DNA of 64,000 nucleotides from Bigelowiella natans CCMP2755 (GCA_000320545.1 ADNK01000266.1:94593-158592); one strand, 5' to 3'; positions 1 through 14,380 are shown, counted from the stretch's first letter. The notes: generated by a model not told the origin, from the letters alone. Numbers and translations: made by a program.

Positions 1-651
1 TTTCGTTATACCTCAAATGATGTAGGCTATGATTTGATTGTTGTAAACTTAACCTGTGAGAAAAGTGATCCGACGTACAGATTATCAAGAATCTTATTTG
101 CGGGAGGATTCCCTTGAAGTATTATAGACAAATTTTAGATTTTCCAAAAAGTTCCATATTAAACTACCTTTAATATTTTTCTCGATTCCATATTTCATCC
201 GAACTAGAATATGATTCAGCTAAACATAACACAGTTTTAGATTTGGCAACCTAAATGAAGCTGGTAAATTTGTTACAGTGTGGAAGGGGAAGAAAAGGAT
301 GAGAGACCACAAGGGAAGCTGGCCAGTCTTCGAATTCTTCCCCAAAATTTCGTTTCCAACGTGAAGCATTCCCAGCACCCCAATAGTAATGTATAACACG
401 CTGAACGAAGTGCATACCAAATGTATTCGAACGTCAAAACAATGGGGTATGACTAAACCTTGAGTACAAGCAAGTAATGAAGATTGCAGCCTGCCAGGAA
501 GCGGGGTCAAGTTCAACGAAGCTAGTCCTTCTCATAACCCTGGAATGACATCGTTGATGCTTCAGGGTCAAAACTATAACTTATGCAATGTATGTGGGTA
601 CCATATTCCAAGTCCTATGCCAAGGAGAAGGTGACGTGGCCACACAGCCAT
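1..651 (-). CDS. YnbD-like membrane-associated dual-specificity protein phosphatase, 5' part (runs off window start)
   Basis: Spliced minus-strand exons: MAVWPRHLLLGIGLG (ATG 651); hydrophobic exon ...EILGKNSKTGQLPLWSLILFFPFH (about 275-400), which resembles the GK..G.LP.WS motif preceding the DSP domain in YnbD-like proteins; exon at about 55-118 QGNPPANKILDNLYVGSLFSQ, the typical start of a DSP catalytic domain. The CX5R motif would lie outside the window. Confidence 0.75.
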
Positions 652-1176
652 GATCGAGGGAGCAGTTCCGAATGGAAGCCTGTCTTGCAGGAGTGTTACC
701 CGAGTTTGCTCATGTCGACTACTGTTACTGCTACTACTTACTACTACTACTTTAGAATTTATACGAAGTTTCCGGTTCAAAAACTTGCCAACATTAGCGT
801 TGACCTGAAACAAAAGCAAATATGAAAACGGAAGCACTTTGGCCCTGACGACAAAGAACACCACAGTGTCACCTAAAGCTGAGTCTGTAGAAGGTCTTCT
901 TCTGTTTTCAACCATAGATCCTTGTCGCACATGGAAAATCACATGTATTTGTGGTTTACGTTACTGGATTCTGACTTGCCAGACAGAGCATGATGGGACG
1001 AAGCGGACGACGAACTTGAGAGTAGCAAAGATATTCGCTCAAGCCTGCCGCCCCTGCTGCTGCGGTTTTCCAAGGGGCTTTAATTGAAAAACCTGTGAGT
1101 GCCTGTGTAAGTATCCAGGGAGATGGGGGGAGTAGTTCCAAAATGCCCTACAATTCTCCACAAGAGTGCTCGTCCG

Positions 1177-2243
1177 ATGGTAATCAGACTAAAGATGGCG
1201 GCGGTGGTGGTGGTAGTGGTGTGGTCATGGAGGTATGGAAGGCAAGAATAACATTAACTTCTTTCAGGCAACTTACACTACTGCGGAAATTGAGGCGGCA
1301 ATTCGTCGATTCTCAAAGCTTTCAGATTCTGATGCCACGTAATGAGTTCCCACCCCGACGATTTGATGATAACAATTGATAACAAGGCCATTGACCTACA
1401 GATTTGGGGGCGGCGTAAATAAGAAAACTTTCTCCAAGATCCTTTCTCACTTGGTATGGCTATCTTTATCAATACTTCTATTTTACATTTTTCTGTAGAT
1501 TGACATAAGCTTTTAAGGCCTGAGTATCTTATCGTATCTAATTGTCACTATTTTCGGTTATTCGTCTATTGTTCCCTAATGTAGCATCCAGACGAGGTGG
1601 GGCCTCTTTGGACGCAATGCGTCAGTTGGAGATACACACCCGAAGGTATTTACTATTTTTGTTTTAAATTTTAGGAGTATTACTGAATCTTGATCTTAAT
1701 TAGGACGGTTACGAAGGCAGTTCAAAAAGGGGGGCGGTGAGTTACTATTTCCTTCTTACTTCCTCATTCAGCTCATAGATCGTGGAAAAGAGATTGTATT
1801 GTATGTTATCTTATTCTAATAGATGCCTCCCCGGCTACAAGCCCTAAAACGGCTCAACCCTCTACGAAAAGTCCAAAAAACACAAAATCCCCGACGACGA
1901 GAGCCGGTATGATCTATGTATCTTATACATATTCTGTAAAAGCAATAACAACAATTGACCTTCAATAAATTGTCGTTACCCAATCAGCGGAATCCTTCAA
2001 AAAATTTGGGAAAATGACTAGACCAGAGAGGCGGGCCAGTCGCAAACTAAGGAGGTAATGAACTGTTGATTGGTATAGCCATCAGATCATAAATCCTCAT
2101 ATTACGTCTCTTTTCATTCAGTGGGGAAGAGAAGAAAATAAAAAGCACCGCTTCTGAAAAGGCAAATATGATAGGTACACGTTTTAGCCAGATGAGATGC
2201 ACTGCGTAAGGAGTAGTAGTTTGGAAGAAGGAATTGATTGTCA

Positions 2244-2278
<35 letters not shown>

Positions 2279-2737
2279 TACCGTTCATCAGAGATATTGT
2301 GCGGTCTTGCCATACTCTCCAATGGAATGTTTGACGACAAACTCAAGTAATAATCACAACTACTCAGCTAATCATTGATGGTTACGATGATGACGATGAT
2401 GATGATGACAACGATGATGATAGTGTTGATACTCGTAGAAAATATTGCCAGATAAATGCCATCCGCTCTCTGACATGACGAGCGAGCATGTTTGCATATA
2501 GTTATAGTTGTACTACTACTACTACTAGTAGTAGTAGTAGTAATAGCAGCAGCAAAATTTATTGTAGTAGAAGAAGGAGCTCCTCAAAATCACTAGTACC
2601 CAGCATTTATGTATTCACGATATGTTCCAAACACGCACGTAAATTTGTGCATACGCACAACACGCACACGAAGAGAGAGAAGGAGAGAGGGGGGGAAGGG
2701 GGGGGGAGAGCGAAGGAGAAAACACACACACACACAC

Positions 2738-2782
<45 letters not shown>

Positions 2783-3494
2783 GTACATACCAAAGGTGTA
2801 TCTACAATCTATTCGACTTTAACGAAGATGACCAACTTCAGAAGGATGAGTTCGCAATGCTCTTGAGGTAATAACATAGTTGTTGTATTTGTAGTAGTAG
2901 TAGTTGTAGTTGTTGTTGTAGCAGTATCACATTGTACGCTACAACATAATAACATAAGTTGGTAGTGATGATGATGAAACCCGTTATTAGCTGAGATGAA
3001 GTCCATATCTGATTTCAACCACCAGATTGATGCACTGCAGCTTAGCTTACCCCTGTCCTCCTCTTTCTATGTTTCCTGCTCTGTTGTTTCATTATCATCA
3101 ATCATCATCGTCACGAATCATCATCAATATCATCATCGTTAGGTCCTGTCTTGTTATACTCTCAAAATTCACCATGGAGGTGTTTGTTCAGCGAAGAGGG
3201 AGGAGGAGGGGAAAGGAGAGGGGGGGGGAAAGGGGAGGAAGAGGAGCAAGCTATGAAGATGCTCATATTTTTGTCGTTAGTAGTGGTGGTTGCGGTGGCA
3301 ACAACAGGCAAATGCGAAGATGATCGGTCCTTTGTTCAATGTTCTCTTCCTCCTTCTTCATGATTCTACAACGCTCTCTCGTATCAACAATCTCAAATTA
3401 TGTGCATTTTTTTTTTATGCAACAAAACAATGATAAGGACCTTCTCCCAACCAGGGATTCTATACAAAAATTTACAAAGGTAGTAGAAGTAGTT

Positions 3495-3527
<33 letters not shown>

Positions 3528-3975
3528 ATGTTAGTTAAAGATGAATAAAGAGAAACAAAGAGGAAGGGAGAGCGAAATGTTAATGAGAAAGGATGATTCT
3601 CATGGCAATGATCATTGGCACAACACATTTTAAATATTAGAACATGTCCTCTCTCACATTTTGAAACAAGTTCCCGTACGTCTCCTTAACTTACTTATTT
3701 GACCACACAAAGGAGCAATTTGAAATTGCTGATGCATCGGATGTAAAGGATTCAACTGTAAGCTTTAAAGAATTGCGAAGATTCGTTCTCAGAAGTCCCA
3801 TTGCAACTGGGTGGGTCATGATGCATTATAGCAGCAGCAGCAGCAGCCAAAAATAAATAAACAGAATATCTTTTCTCTTATTCCTTTGAAGGCTGCTGTT
3901 TTCTCAAGAAGCAGTGCATGCATTTATGTCGTATAGAGGATGATGATAACCATTTTAAATATATGAACAAATGAG

Positions 3976-4055
<80 letters not shown>

Positions 4056-4639
4056 ACGCATACACATACACTTGTATTTTTCATTCATTCATCCATTGAT
4101 TTTTTCCCTTCGTAGTCCCCATCATTATTAATTATGATGATGATCATCTTCATCATCATCTTCATCATCATCATCATCATCACCACCATCTCAGATACAT
4201 GATTCAATATGGAACATCCGACACACACAAAGTAAATATGAAGGCCAAGGTAGTAACCAACCAATCCCCCACTGATTCATTCCCTGAGACATACCAATAT
4301 ATCCGTGCACCGATGTTGTTTGCAAGCCCACACGACGAGCTTCCTTCTTCTTCTTCTTCTTCTTCTTCTTCTTCTTCTTCTTGTGGTGCTGCTATGTGTC
4401 TCGTAGATACAGCAGGATAGAAAATATGACCACACTGCATCTCGAAGAGGTTCAAGGCTGCCGTCGGTCGTTAGCAAGAACATTAGGAGCCCCAAGGGAG
4501 CAGGAGGATTGGGGGGGGGGAAGTTACGAGGTTTGTCAAGCGAGAGAAAGAGAGATTGAATGGATGGATGCTTGCATCGTCATGTAATCAGCCTCACATT
4601 GTCATATAATCCTATCATTAGTTATTATCATTAGTTTAA

Positions 4640-4672
<33 letters not shown>

Positions 4673-4855
4673 CATCGCTAATATTACATGAGCAAGCAAA
4701 GACACAGCACTTGTAGTATGTGCCTACGTGGAGACGTAATAGACATTTTCTTATCATCTCGCATTCAAACTGTCACTTTAATGATAGGATCTCGGAGAAG
4801 TTTGCCAAAGATTAATAATATGGCTATGGGAAAGCGGTAGTAGTAGTATTAGTAT

Positions 4856-4889
<34 letters not shown>

Positions 4890-5389
4890 CATCGGCCTCG
4901 TAGTGGAAGAAGAAGAAGTATTAGTAAGAAACAACTACACTGATTCGTTACCATGTGAAAGGCAGCTCATTGTATCTCCTTACTACTTTGCATTTGACAT
5001 CATTCGCTCAGTGAGAGTTCCGCACCATATTATAGCAGTAGTAGCAATAATAGTAATATCGATTCATCTCTTCACATTTATCATCGTTCCTATGATTGGT
5101 CTCGTTGGAAGGACGATAGCATGTTGTTTATTATTGCCCTCCCTTCCCCTCCTCCTCTGTAAATAAATGAATATGAGCAGTTCTTCGATAAAACGCGGTG
5201 GTGGCGTCGTTCAGGTAATGGCTATCCTCTTCCAATCGTTATCATCATCAACATCATCATCAAATCTTCTACACAGAATATCAAGCAGCACACGGAGAAC
5301 ATGGAGAAATCTGTATCTGCCTTGTCATCATCAGGAATCCCTCAGGCCAAGGTCCTGCACTCTCTCTCTCTCTCACACCACACACACAC

Positions 5390-5453
<64 letters not shown>

Positions 5454-5570
5454 GAGAACTCAGATAGGCAGTAAGCATACAAGATTCCTTTCATTCTACA
5501 ATTTAGTCGTTGAACGTAGCAACGGTTTTTGGTACGATCGATGATGGACGTTGCTTTTTCAATATATTAA

Positions 5571-5613
<43 letters not shown>

Positions 5614-5617
5614 TTAA

Positions 5618-5661
<44 letters not shown>

Positions 5662-6923
5662 GTGATATATCATCAGCTTATGGAGCTTCGAAACTTCTTC
5701 ATTGGGCTTGATAAAAACGGTATAATATTGATTATAATACAAATATAAGTTCATAATCGCACTCGAGAATGAGGGGTGGGGGAGCAGGATTCATCGATTC
5801 CTCTTCTAAATTCAAGATACTAGTCAAATGATCGCTGCATTTGATAATGCTTGTGAGGATTATATGTTTGTTGTCAAAAGGTGACGGCTCTATATCCTGC
5901 GAAGAGCTCGAAAAAGCGATGCAGGAAAATTCTCTCTCGGTACATTCCCTCCCCAGATGTTCTCACAGATGAGCCTTCTCCACGCTGACAATCTCCCCTC
6001 CCCCCTCCTTGATGTTATTATTCATCATGCAGAACCACCATGTAGATGCCCACAGCGCAGATGGAAAAGAACAGTCAGTAGCACGGAGAACACTCAATAC
6101 AAATAATCATATCAAATCTTTCACCTCATTGATTATATGTGCTGCTACAAATGAAAGACAAGAAGTAAAATGGGAACAGATGGCGTCTCTCCATCTACCC
6201 CCCCTCCCCCGCTTTGCCTGCGAGAGATCAATGAATTGAATTTTCTAAGAGTTGGACTTATGATAGTATTTGTTCACTGTGTAACTTAACAGAGCACGCA
6301 GCACATTTTACTAAACAACCGAACAACTCGTAGGAATAGTAGTAACAGCAACATTAATCAACATAGGGTTACGTTTATCGAATTTCTCCAAATATGCTTC
6401 CCCGACAAGGTAGTAATGATGATCATCATGGTAGAGAAAAGGGGACAGTGAAAAGAGTTACGCGATCATCATTATCGTCGTATCGTAGTTATTGTTACTT
6501 TATCACCATCATCATCATCATCAACAACAACATCACGATGATCTAACCGCACCCATCAGTCCACGCACACCCTCAAGCAAGTTGCATTAGCATTTGAATC
6601 GAGGAAACCAGAGGTGCACAAACGTTGTTGTTGTTGTTGTTGCTGCTGCTGCTGCTATGGTGGTGGTTGTGGTGGTGACGCGATCATATAGCCAGCAATA
6701 GTAAGCACGCAAGGAAGATATAGATGCTCAAGTGTTTCCTCCTCCTCTTCTTCTTCCCGACACTAGATTTGGCTAGCGACCTAATATGTGAGTTGTTCTT
6801 GTTGTTATATGTTGTTGTTTGATATTCACTTAGCATCAGGACGTGAGAAGGGCATGCGCGATCTTCGATATGGTTGACGCCAAGAGAGGGTACTACTACT
6901 ACCACTACTACTACAGCAGACAC

Positions 6924-6954
<31 letters not shown>

Positions 6955-8369
6955 GTGATGATGATTATTGCAGATAGAGCAATAGCAAAAGCAATGTCCG
7001 ATCATGGCTGTACGCCGTTATGATCCTGATGCATCATGTGGAATCATTGCTTGATAGGAGGGGGGGGCTAAATTTGTTCATTCCTTTAACTGTGACCTAG
7101 CTTATCTTAACTGTGATGTACCTTATCCGCAACCCCCCCCCCCCCCCCCCTCCCCCCTTACCCCTTCGTTTCTCCTACCACCTCATGAACAACCAATTGT
7201 GATGACTGAATGAGTGCTGATTGTTGCACAGGTTTAAGGGGTTGGTCAAAGTGAAGGAGTTCCTTAAGGAAATAAACGAGTGCAAAGCTCTAAGTCGGTT
7301 CCTGCAGATCAAGGCTGTGAAGCAGTACATAGCTCGAAAGGCGAAAAAGTTCAAGAATAATAAAATTGATCTGTATCAGGTGCCTTTAATTCTTAGTGTG
7401 TCGCTAGATTAGCCAGCATGATATCAGTAGCAGCAGCACAGCAGCATCACCACTATCATCATCATCATCATTATCATCACCATCATCATCACCATCATCA
7501 TCACCATCATCATCATCATGTAACAGAACACATTCATAAATGGACATACGCAATTGCGCATGATTTATATCTATTTCTCTGTACGTCTTCTTCGCTCTCA
7601 CCTTCCCCATCCCCTCCCCCCCCTCTCTCTTTCATTTTCTTTCTTTCTATCCAGGCGATGTCTCTAATATTCTGTAAGACAATCTCCCAACCTATATTAG
7701 AAAGGCTCGTCAAAAAGGTCAATGAGTGAGTAAGAAGAAGAAGCAGGAAAAATTGAAACAAAACAACAGAATTGCTATCCCCCTCCTCCTCCTCCACCTC
7801 CTCCTCCTACACTTCACAGTAGCAATGATTCCGACTATTATACGAGTAGCATATCTCTAATTAAGTATGCATATGGTGTGAGGAAGAAATCTATCACCAC
7901 TTCAGCAATACGAGGATGTGACAGAACGATGATCTTTATGTATGTGAAATGATAATAGGTAAAGCAGAGTATCAGTGCTTTTGGTGAGGAAGAAATGTCG
8001 CATCTGAAGGAGGGGTACATGGCTATAGACGTGGTCAGTGCTCATCGTGTAATTTCATGTGCCAAATATCATCCATTGATGAGGAAAATAACACAACAAG
8101 TACTCTGCTGCACACACCTTTGATGAATAATCTCTCATGAAGCCTGTCTTCGTTTCGTCACCCAGAATGGTGATGGGATCTTGTCGAGGGAGGAGTTCAA
8201 GGCTTTTTTGACGAAGAGAGGTGGTGAATACTCCGTTGTGCGTTGTCCTTTCTTGTGTGTCTCAGCGATGATAACTCTAAAGTGAGAAGAAGAAGGAGAA
8301 AAAGAAGAAGAAGAAGAAGATATTTTTTGCAGTATGCGGACACACACACACACACACACACCACGCGAA

Positions 8370-8401
<32 letters not shown>

Positions 8402-8902
8402 ACGCGCTAACTTGTTTACAACTAAATGAATTTAACCTCCACACATTTAGTATCACCCAAAGGCACAGAACACCAAGCAAACAAGCTGAATGATGTGACA
8501 ACTTATAGGTGTATTCCCAGAGGACTGCGACAAAATGTATGATATTGCTGATGTGAGCAGGGTAAGAACATATCAGCCGTGGCTTTTTCTGAGTATATAT
8601 TCAAGCATTCTCTCACATCATATATGTTACTCCCATTTCTATAAATGCAAGTCAAGTGAATGAACCACGTTTTGATTTTTCGGATTCAGGACGGTGAACT
8701 TCATTTCCAGGAGTTTTGTCTTCTCTATGCGACAAAGATGAAGGTGCTTTCCCCCAACACATTTTCGAAATTTACAATCGTCATGGTGACAATTGGCATC
8801 CTTCATTCTTACATATAATGCTTGAACTGTGTTCAGCACATCTACAAAACCGAATACGGATATGGCACGAACGATGGCTTGTCCGACACAAGGTATCTTG
8901 TT

Positions 8903-8954
<52 letters not shown>

Positions 8955-9116
8955 TGTGTGCTTTCACTTGAGGAGGAAAATGCTTCCTAGGAATATGTAG
9001 ATTGCAACGCTCAAAGCGTGGTGCGTACGAATTTGAAACTTGAGATATTGAAATTTCGTCGATAATTCAGGACTCTCTCGGATGAGTTTGTACCTCCACG
9101 ACATCAATCAGTTTAA
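1177..9116 (+). CDS. Large multi-EF-hand calcium-binding protein (more than 20 small exons)
   Basis: GT-AG exons join in frame: EILCGLAILSNGMFDDKLK|CIYNLFDFNEDDQLQKDEFAMLLR (about 2290-2870), EQFEIADASDVKDSTVSFKELRRF (about 3712), FIGLDKN|GDGSISCEELEKAM (5677-5939), RVTFIEFLQ, NGDGILSREEFKAFL (8166), MYDIADVSR|DGELHFQEF (8510-8742), ending FVPPRHQSV* at 9116. The 5' start and some internal exons are uncertain. Confidence 0.8.
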
Positions 9117-9439
9117 AGATGGCAACAATCGAATACTGTTCTGACTGTATGGCGATGGGTGTAATGAAATAATTACATAATTTCAATAGTGATCCTAATG
9201 TAGCTATGTAAAGCGGCGGCAACAGCGCTAAGATTGTGTTTATTTGTTTCGGCAATTATTATGTGCTTCATGCTTGCAAGTTCTGCATTGTCGTTGCGCC
9301 CGCGACGTGCCGCGCGCGCGCGGGCGAACGTGTTTGTAAGTGTTCCTTGGTTGTTTACCTTCTTGGTGTCAACATTCCTGTAGAAGTCGACGATCACAGT
9401 GAAGTATTTTGTCAGTGTCTTTTTACTGGTTGGCGCAGT

Positions 9440-10110
9440 ACCTAGGCATGTTGACTTACTGCCTTTATTGCTCATGGTGCTTGATTCATCTCTACATCTC
9501 TGCCTATAGCTATACCTGTGTAATTGCCATGCGTGCGATGCCTAGCATGATTGCTACATCGATGTATCAGCCAGGTCAGCAGCCGTGCATGCGCAACACA
9601 TGTAACATTCCATTAGGCCACCAAGCTTGGGAATGACACAGTCACATCGCGCACACTACAGCGTAGCGTGCGCGTGCCACGCACGGCGACGATGTCATGT
9701 ACACATCGATCTATCTAGCTAGATGCATGTGCGACACTGCGCCACTACTAGCCTGCTAATAACAACTATACGTAAAGCTGCACGTAACGTGTACGTGCTG
9801 GCGTGGACAAGCCTTGACCCCCTGTATGTCTACTAGCTGTCCCGCGATCTGATATGGCGTGCACTGTCGATGATCAGGCTAGCAGGCTCTACTAGTCTAG
9901 TCTAGTAGCCACGACTGGCATCGCAACTCGTGGTGTGGTGACATGCCGCGACGCACACATGCTGCGCCAGAAGCCTAGATTTTATCATACTAGCATACTA
10001 GCATAGTCTCGTAGTGTCGCTGTATATGGAGCTGCCGCGCATGACAAAATTCAGCAATGGCGACGACATCGATAGCTAATTTTTGGATTGATATGTGGCA
10101 AATAAGCGAA
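9440..10110. other. CTAG/CATG/TGCA-rich convergent intergenic spacer 1
   Basis: Lies between the 3' ends of the EF-hand (+) and KH (-) genes. Dense ctag, catg, gcgc, tgca, e.g. atctagctagatgcatgt and actagtctagtctagtag. Confidence 0.7.
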
Positions 10111-10248
10111 GGATGTCTAGATGTGTGGTATTATGCTGATCGATATGATGATGATGATGATCTTCACATTGATTGTCTATCTATTTCTCCTGATATATTA
10201 TGATGCATGCATACAAGCAGGGTCCACCACCACCACCACTAAACTGAA

Positions 10249-11438
10249 TCAGTTCCAGTCGTCTTCCTCACTGTGGTTTGAGACTTGCCACTCAGGAGGA
10301 GTGGGCTCTGGTTCCAATGGCGCTGCCTGTTCAGCAATGGTGTTCTTCAGCATTTCCACAGCAAGCTTTACCTTCTCCGAATCGCCAACAATAGTGCACA
10401 CACCGCTTCCGTTCTTGGGAGTAGTAATGCGTGTTTGCGTTGCCTTGGTAATTCTTCGGATATTTGAACCACCCTTTCCGATGATAGCAGGGACCATATC
10501 TGCTTCGACTGGAAACTCGCATGTCACATAAGATGGGTGAGTCAGGGCACTGAACCCTTGTTTTGCAAGATCAAGCAGTGCTCCCTTTGCCTTTGCAACG
10601 CCTTCTGCTGGACCAATGATAGTAATGATCTTGGCATCATCGTCCTTTTCCAAAGAGGATACGCCGGTATCAGCTATGATTTGTCGGAAGTAATTTCCCT
10701 TAGAGCCCATCATTTGACCGATCTTCTTGTCTGGGACTTCAACAACAGCGCTAGAGAATCCTGGATTTGTGTACTGAGAGAAACCCTGACCAAAATTAAC
10801 AACGTTGTGGTGATGACAAGAAATGATGAGAAAAGAGTGAGCAAGTTCATCGATGATACTAGTTGTTGGGGTAGTGCGTGCTTTCGTATCATGCATTGTT
10901 TCTGAGACTAACCTTTTCCATAAGTTCTCGTAGCGCATCTGCAGCTTTTTCACATTGTTCTTTCTGTCCATTAATTGTTACGACGTCGTGAATGCCACCC
11001 AACTTTGGGAGGATAATCTTCACCCCGAGTCTATCTTGAAGAGCGTTAATATTTGCGATTTTCTTGCCAAATACTCTCTTGCGCTGTGCAGAGGGTACTT
11101 TTACATATACCTGTGTCTGGTCTGCAGAAACAGACTGTCCAAACAATACCGAGTAGTAGTACAACAAATAATTAAGCGTCAAATTTCGGGCTTGGAAACC
11201 ATCCATAGCATCACATCTAAAGAAGATTCTGTTTGCATTTGTATTATTATCAGGAAATTGACAGTAGTGGTTCAACCCACCTTTTTCCCTTCGTTGAGTG
11301 CCGCCTTTTTGTCAATCTGTGCTTGACGTCTAATATGTTCCTTTGGTTGCTGCCATCCTACCGATGAAGAAGAAGGAGCGATGAGAGGAGGAGAGAGCAG
11401 GAACGAGAATTGGGAGTTGGAGGAGAGGGAAAAGTGGG

Positions 11439-11491
<53 letters not shown>

Positions 11492-12417
11492 CATGTAAAA
11501 TTATATTATTATAATTAAACCGTTAAAATATTTGTATTACTAAACCTTCTTCCTCCTCCTTCCTTCTTTTCTCATCCTCTAGAGCAGCAATACGTGACGC
11601 TTCATCAACCTCAGCCTGAGCTCCACTCTCTTTCTTTTTCCTTTTTCTCAACTCCTGTCGTTTCTTCTTTTTTGCGAGTTTTTTAGCTTCAGCTGCAGCC
11701 TTTGCTTCAGCCGCTTTCTTTTCTTGCTCACGTTTTTTCCTGCGAGCCTTTTTTGCTTGGCTTTTACTCATGCCCCTAAATTCATCTTCTTCCTTCTCAG
11801 CTGCCGCGGGTTTGGCAGCTGCTGCCGCAGATACTTCGGGTGCCTTTTTCGCAGGCGCGGGCTTGGCATCGTCATAACTGCTACGCTTGTACTGCTTCTG
11901 ATTTTTCCCAGCCTAAATAGTGATGGCGCATGAGTATTGATTGAAAACTCCAGATTTTATCATCACAGATTTTCGAATGGAATGAATTTCAAATCGAACT
12001 CAATTTACACATTAGTTGAATACGTTTTTCTTTTTCTTCTTTTTCTTTTTGCTGGTGGTTTGAACAACAGCCTCCTCTTCGTTGTCATCAAAGTCTTCTT
12101 CATCGTCCACGTGGTCGCTGAAATCAACAAAATGACACACGCAGATGTTTATCGACTGATGGCTAATGGCCATTTATAGCACTAGCTCCTCTAGTGCTCG
12201 TAGAAATAATTTAAATGATGCTATACACGTACTTTTGAGGAGTTTTCTGTCTTTTCCCTGAGCAGCTTTGCTTCGAGGCTATGTATCCAGCAATAGCAGA
12301 CACCCCTCCAATCGCAAGGGAAACCGAGAGCTCCATCTTAGTAACGTGTCCAGTTACAAATCCAAGGGCCCCTGCAACTACAGGGGCCAAGTATGCGTCT
12401 GAATTGTCCTTGTCCAT
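10249..12417 (-). CDS. KH-domain RNA-binding protein with N-terminal hydrophobic anchor, Lys/Glu-rich linker and three KH domains
   Basis: Exon 1 MDKDNSDAYLAPVVAGALGFVTG...LAIGGVSAIAGYIAS is hydrophobic. Charged exons at 11545-12120. KH motifs VFGKKIANINALQ, MMGSKGNYFRQI and IIGKGGSNIRRI. Stop at 10249. Confidence 0.85.
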
Positions 12418-12987
12418 TTCTTACCGAACGTAGTGGTGAGATAGCGTGGTTTAGAAGATACTAGGGGGTAGGCACTACAAGGGGTTCTCAACTCGCGTTG
12501 ATTCAATGAAGAAAACTATCTTACGTCAATGAATAACTCATGTCGCAGTCTAAAACGAAACACTAGTTATCGCAATGAAGGACGGCACCGATTTTACTCC
12601 TGATTCAGCTCGTACGCTGCCTGCCACTTTCGAACAGAGAATCACCAGATTCACGAAATTGCGACATGATTATCAACAAGAAAATGACATAAATGGATTG
12701 AACTTTTGACGGAAAAAACAACGATGAACACAATTAGATAAAATTTGGCAAAATTTGCAGCATACGGTATTTTAGATATCTGTTATAGTTCTATTGTAAT
12801 ACTTATAAATGAGTAATTTTGTACCGATACATAAGATAAAATTTCAAAAATTTCATTCCTATTTCTCTCTCCTTTTAATTATGTTCGATTACGCCAGCAT
12901 GCGCACCGTCAGGAAAGGCGTCCGTCCCCCGATAAAATAATTCGACGATTCTGAGACTCATATTTCTTCGGCTCTAGACGAAGGATT

Positions 12988-13572
12988 ATGATGACGGAAG
13001 TAGACGAGCAGGATGAGAAGATCCATCTCTTGGCACAGATCCACAGAAATGAAGAGCATGACCGGTCAAGCATAGGATATTGCCCATGGATTCGTCTTGT
13101 TCTTCCGATCAACACATTAGGAAGGGGCAGCGACCTTGGAAGGGGGTCGTTTCCTGCTACATCGTTACATGTCTTCTGAAGTAACCAAAATCGTCTCTTT
13201 TTCAAATTAGCTCTCGTTGTGACTGCTGCAATATGCCATGTATCGGCCAAGATGCATGCTGCTTCCTCGGTAAAAATTTGAAAAGTTAACTTGCAAATCG
13301 TTTTTCATAAGTACGACAGCAACCTAATTCTTGGTGCTATGACAGTGATTTTCCACCTCTGCTTCAACGTCTGTCTCAGCTGCGATTGTGAGACTTGTGT
13401 AGATCCTCCAAGGTGGTGGATGAATTGGTCTGGTTGCAATTGCTGGTGCATTGTGATAAACACATACAGAGTAGCAAATGACTCCCCAGTGCGACCAACA
13501 TCAATATCAAGTAGTGCTGTCACCAGCTACAGGGCATGCGTCCGAGCAACATCAGCAACAGTCGTCGAATGA
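12988..13572 (+). CDS. Small (about 120 aa) cysteine-rich protein, 3 exons (12988-13064, 13211-13269, 13346-13572)
   Basis: Phases join exactly: MMTEVDEQDEKIHLLAQIHRNEEHD-R-SRCDCCNMPCIGQDACCFL-VIFHLCFNVCLSCDCETCVDPPRWWMNWSGCNCWC...VVE*. A CTAAT branch-like site precedes the last acceptor. Confidence 0.65.
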
Positions 13573-13739
13573 GTTATTTGCCCACGCCTGCTGCAATGTA
13601 CTAAGCCAACGTGCCGTTGCAATTTATGGGCTGCGCTACGACATTGTACAGCAGAATCGAATTTGTAATGAAAATGATCATTGAAAAATTGAATTTTACG
13701 CGACAACACAACACAACAACTACAATTCTTTCTGTAAAA

Positions 13740-14360
13740 CCTGTTGTCTCATCATGGCATGCGTGGATATACGCGTGTACCTTTTAGACACATACTTCAG
13801 CATATTCGACCATGCGAACGATGGTCAGCGCCTCACTTTGCTATCGTATAGTGCTCAGTAGTCGTCTGCCCTACACCCTACACTACTAGACTAGTACGAT
13901 GTACACGTACCTGCGGCGAGATATCGCGACTACAACTCCTTGAGCGCGCGTACGTACACGAAGTTAAGCCATAACGAGCAAACATATGCGCGCGTGTTTA
14001 CAGTAGTTGCAAACCTGTGTGCTATACGTAACCCCGCAAGTGTGTCGCTTCACTGCTGCTGTGCGCCGGCGGCGGCTATGTAAGGCTACACATCTATGTA
14101 AGACATATGCGCTTGTGCTGTTGTACGTACGTAAACACGTTGCTAGATGTGTGCTACACCTATTTGACAACACGTTGGCACATTGATCGATCGGCTGAAT
14201 AATGCAGTCAGTGAGGTTATAGGGCGTGTTTATGTCTAGATGTGCTATGATATGCTCGCAATGATGCATTTCAATCTCATAGCACTAGTACTTACATGGA
14301 GAGCTGCTATGTAACCATAACACAGGCGCAAGCACGTGTAACACATGTGGAGGTGGCTGT
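13740..14360. other. CTAG/CATG/GTAC-rich convergent spacer 2
   Basis: Lies between the Cys-rich (+) and DUF819 (-) genes, e.g. ctagactagtacgatgtacacgtac and gcgcgcgtacgtac. Confidence 0.65.
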
Positions 14361-14380
14361 GGTTGCTAGTATATTTTTTC

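Noticed and set aside
2047-9000. ORFs with poly-S, YIYI, VCVC, ERER and poly-H tracts, here and throughout the window
   Set aside because: Translations of intronic microsatellites.
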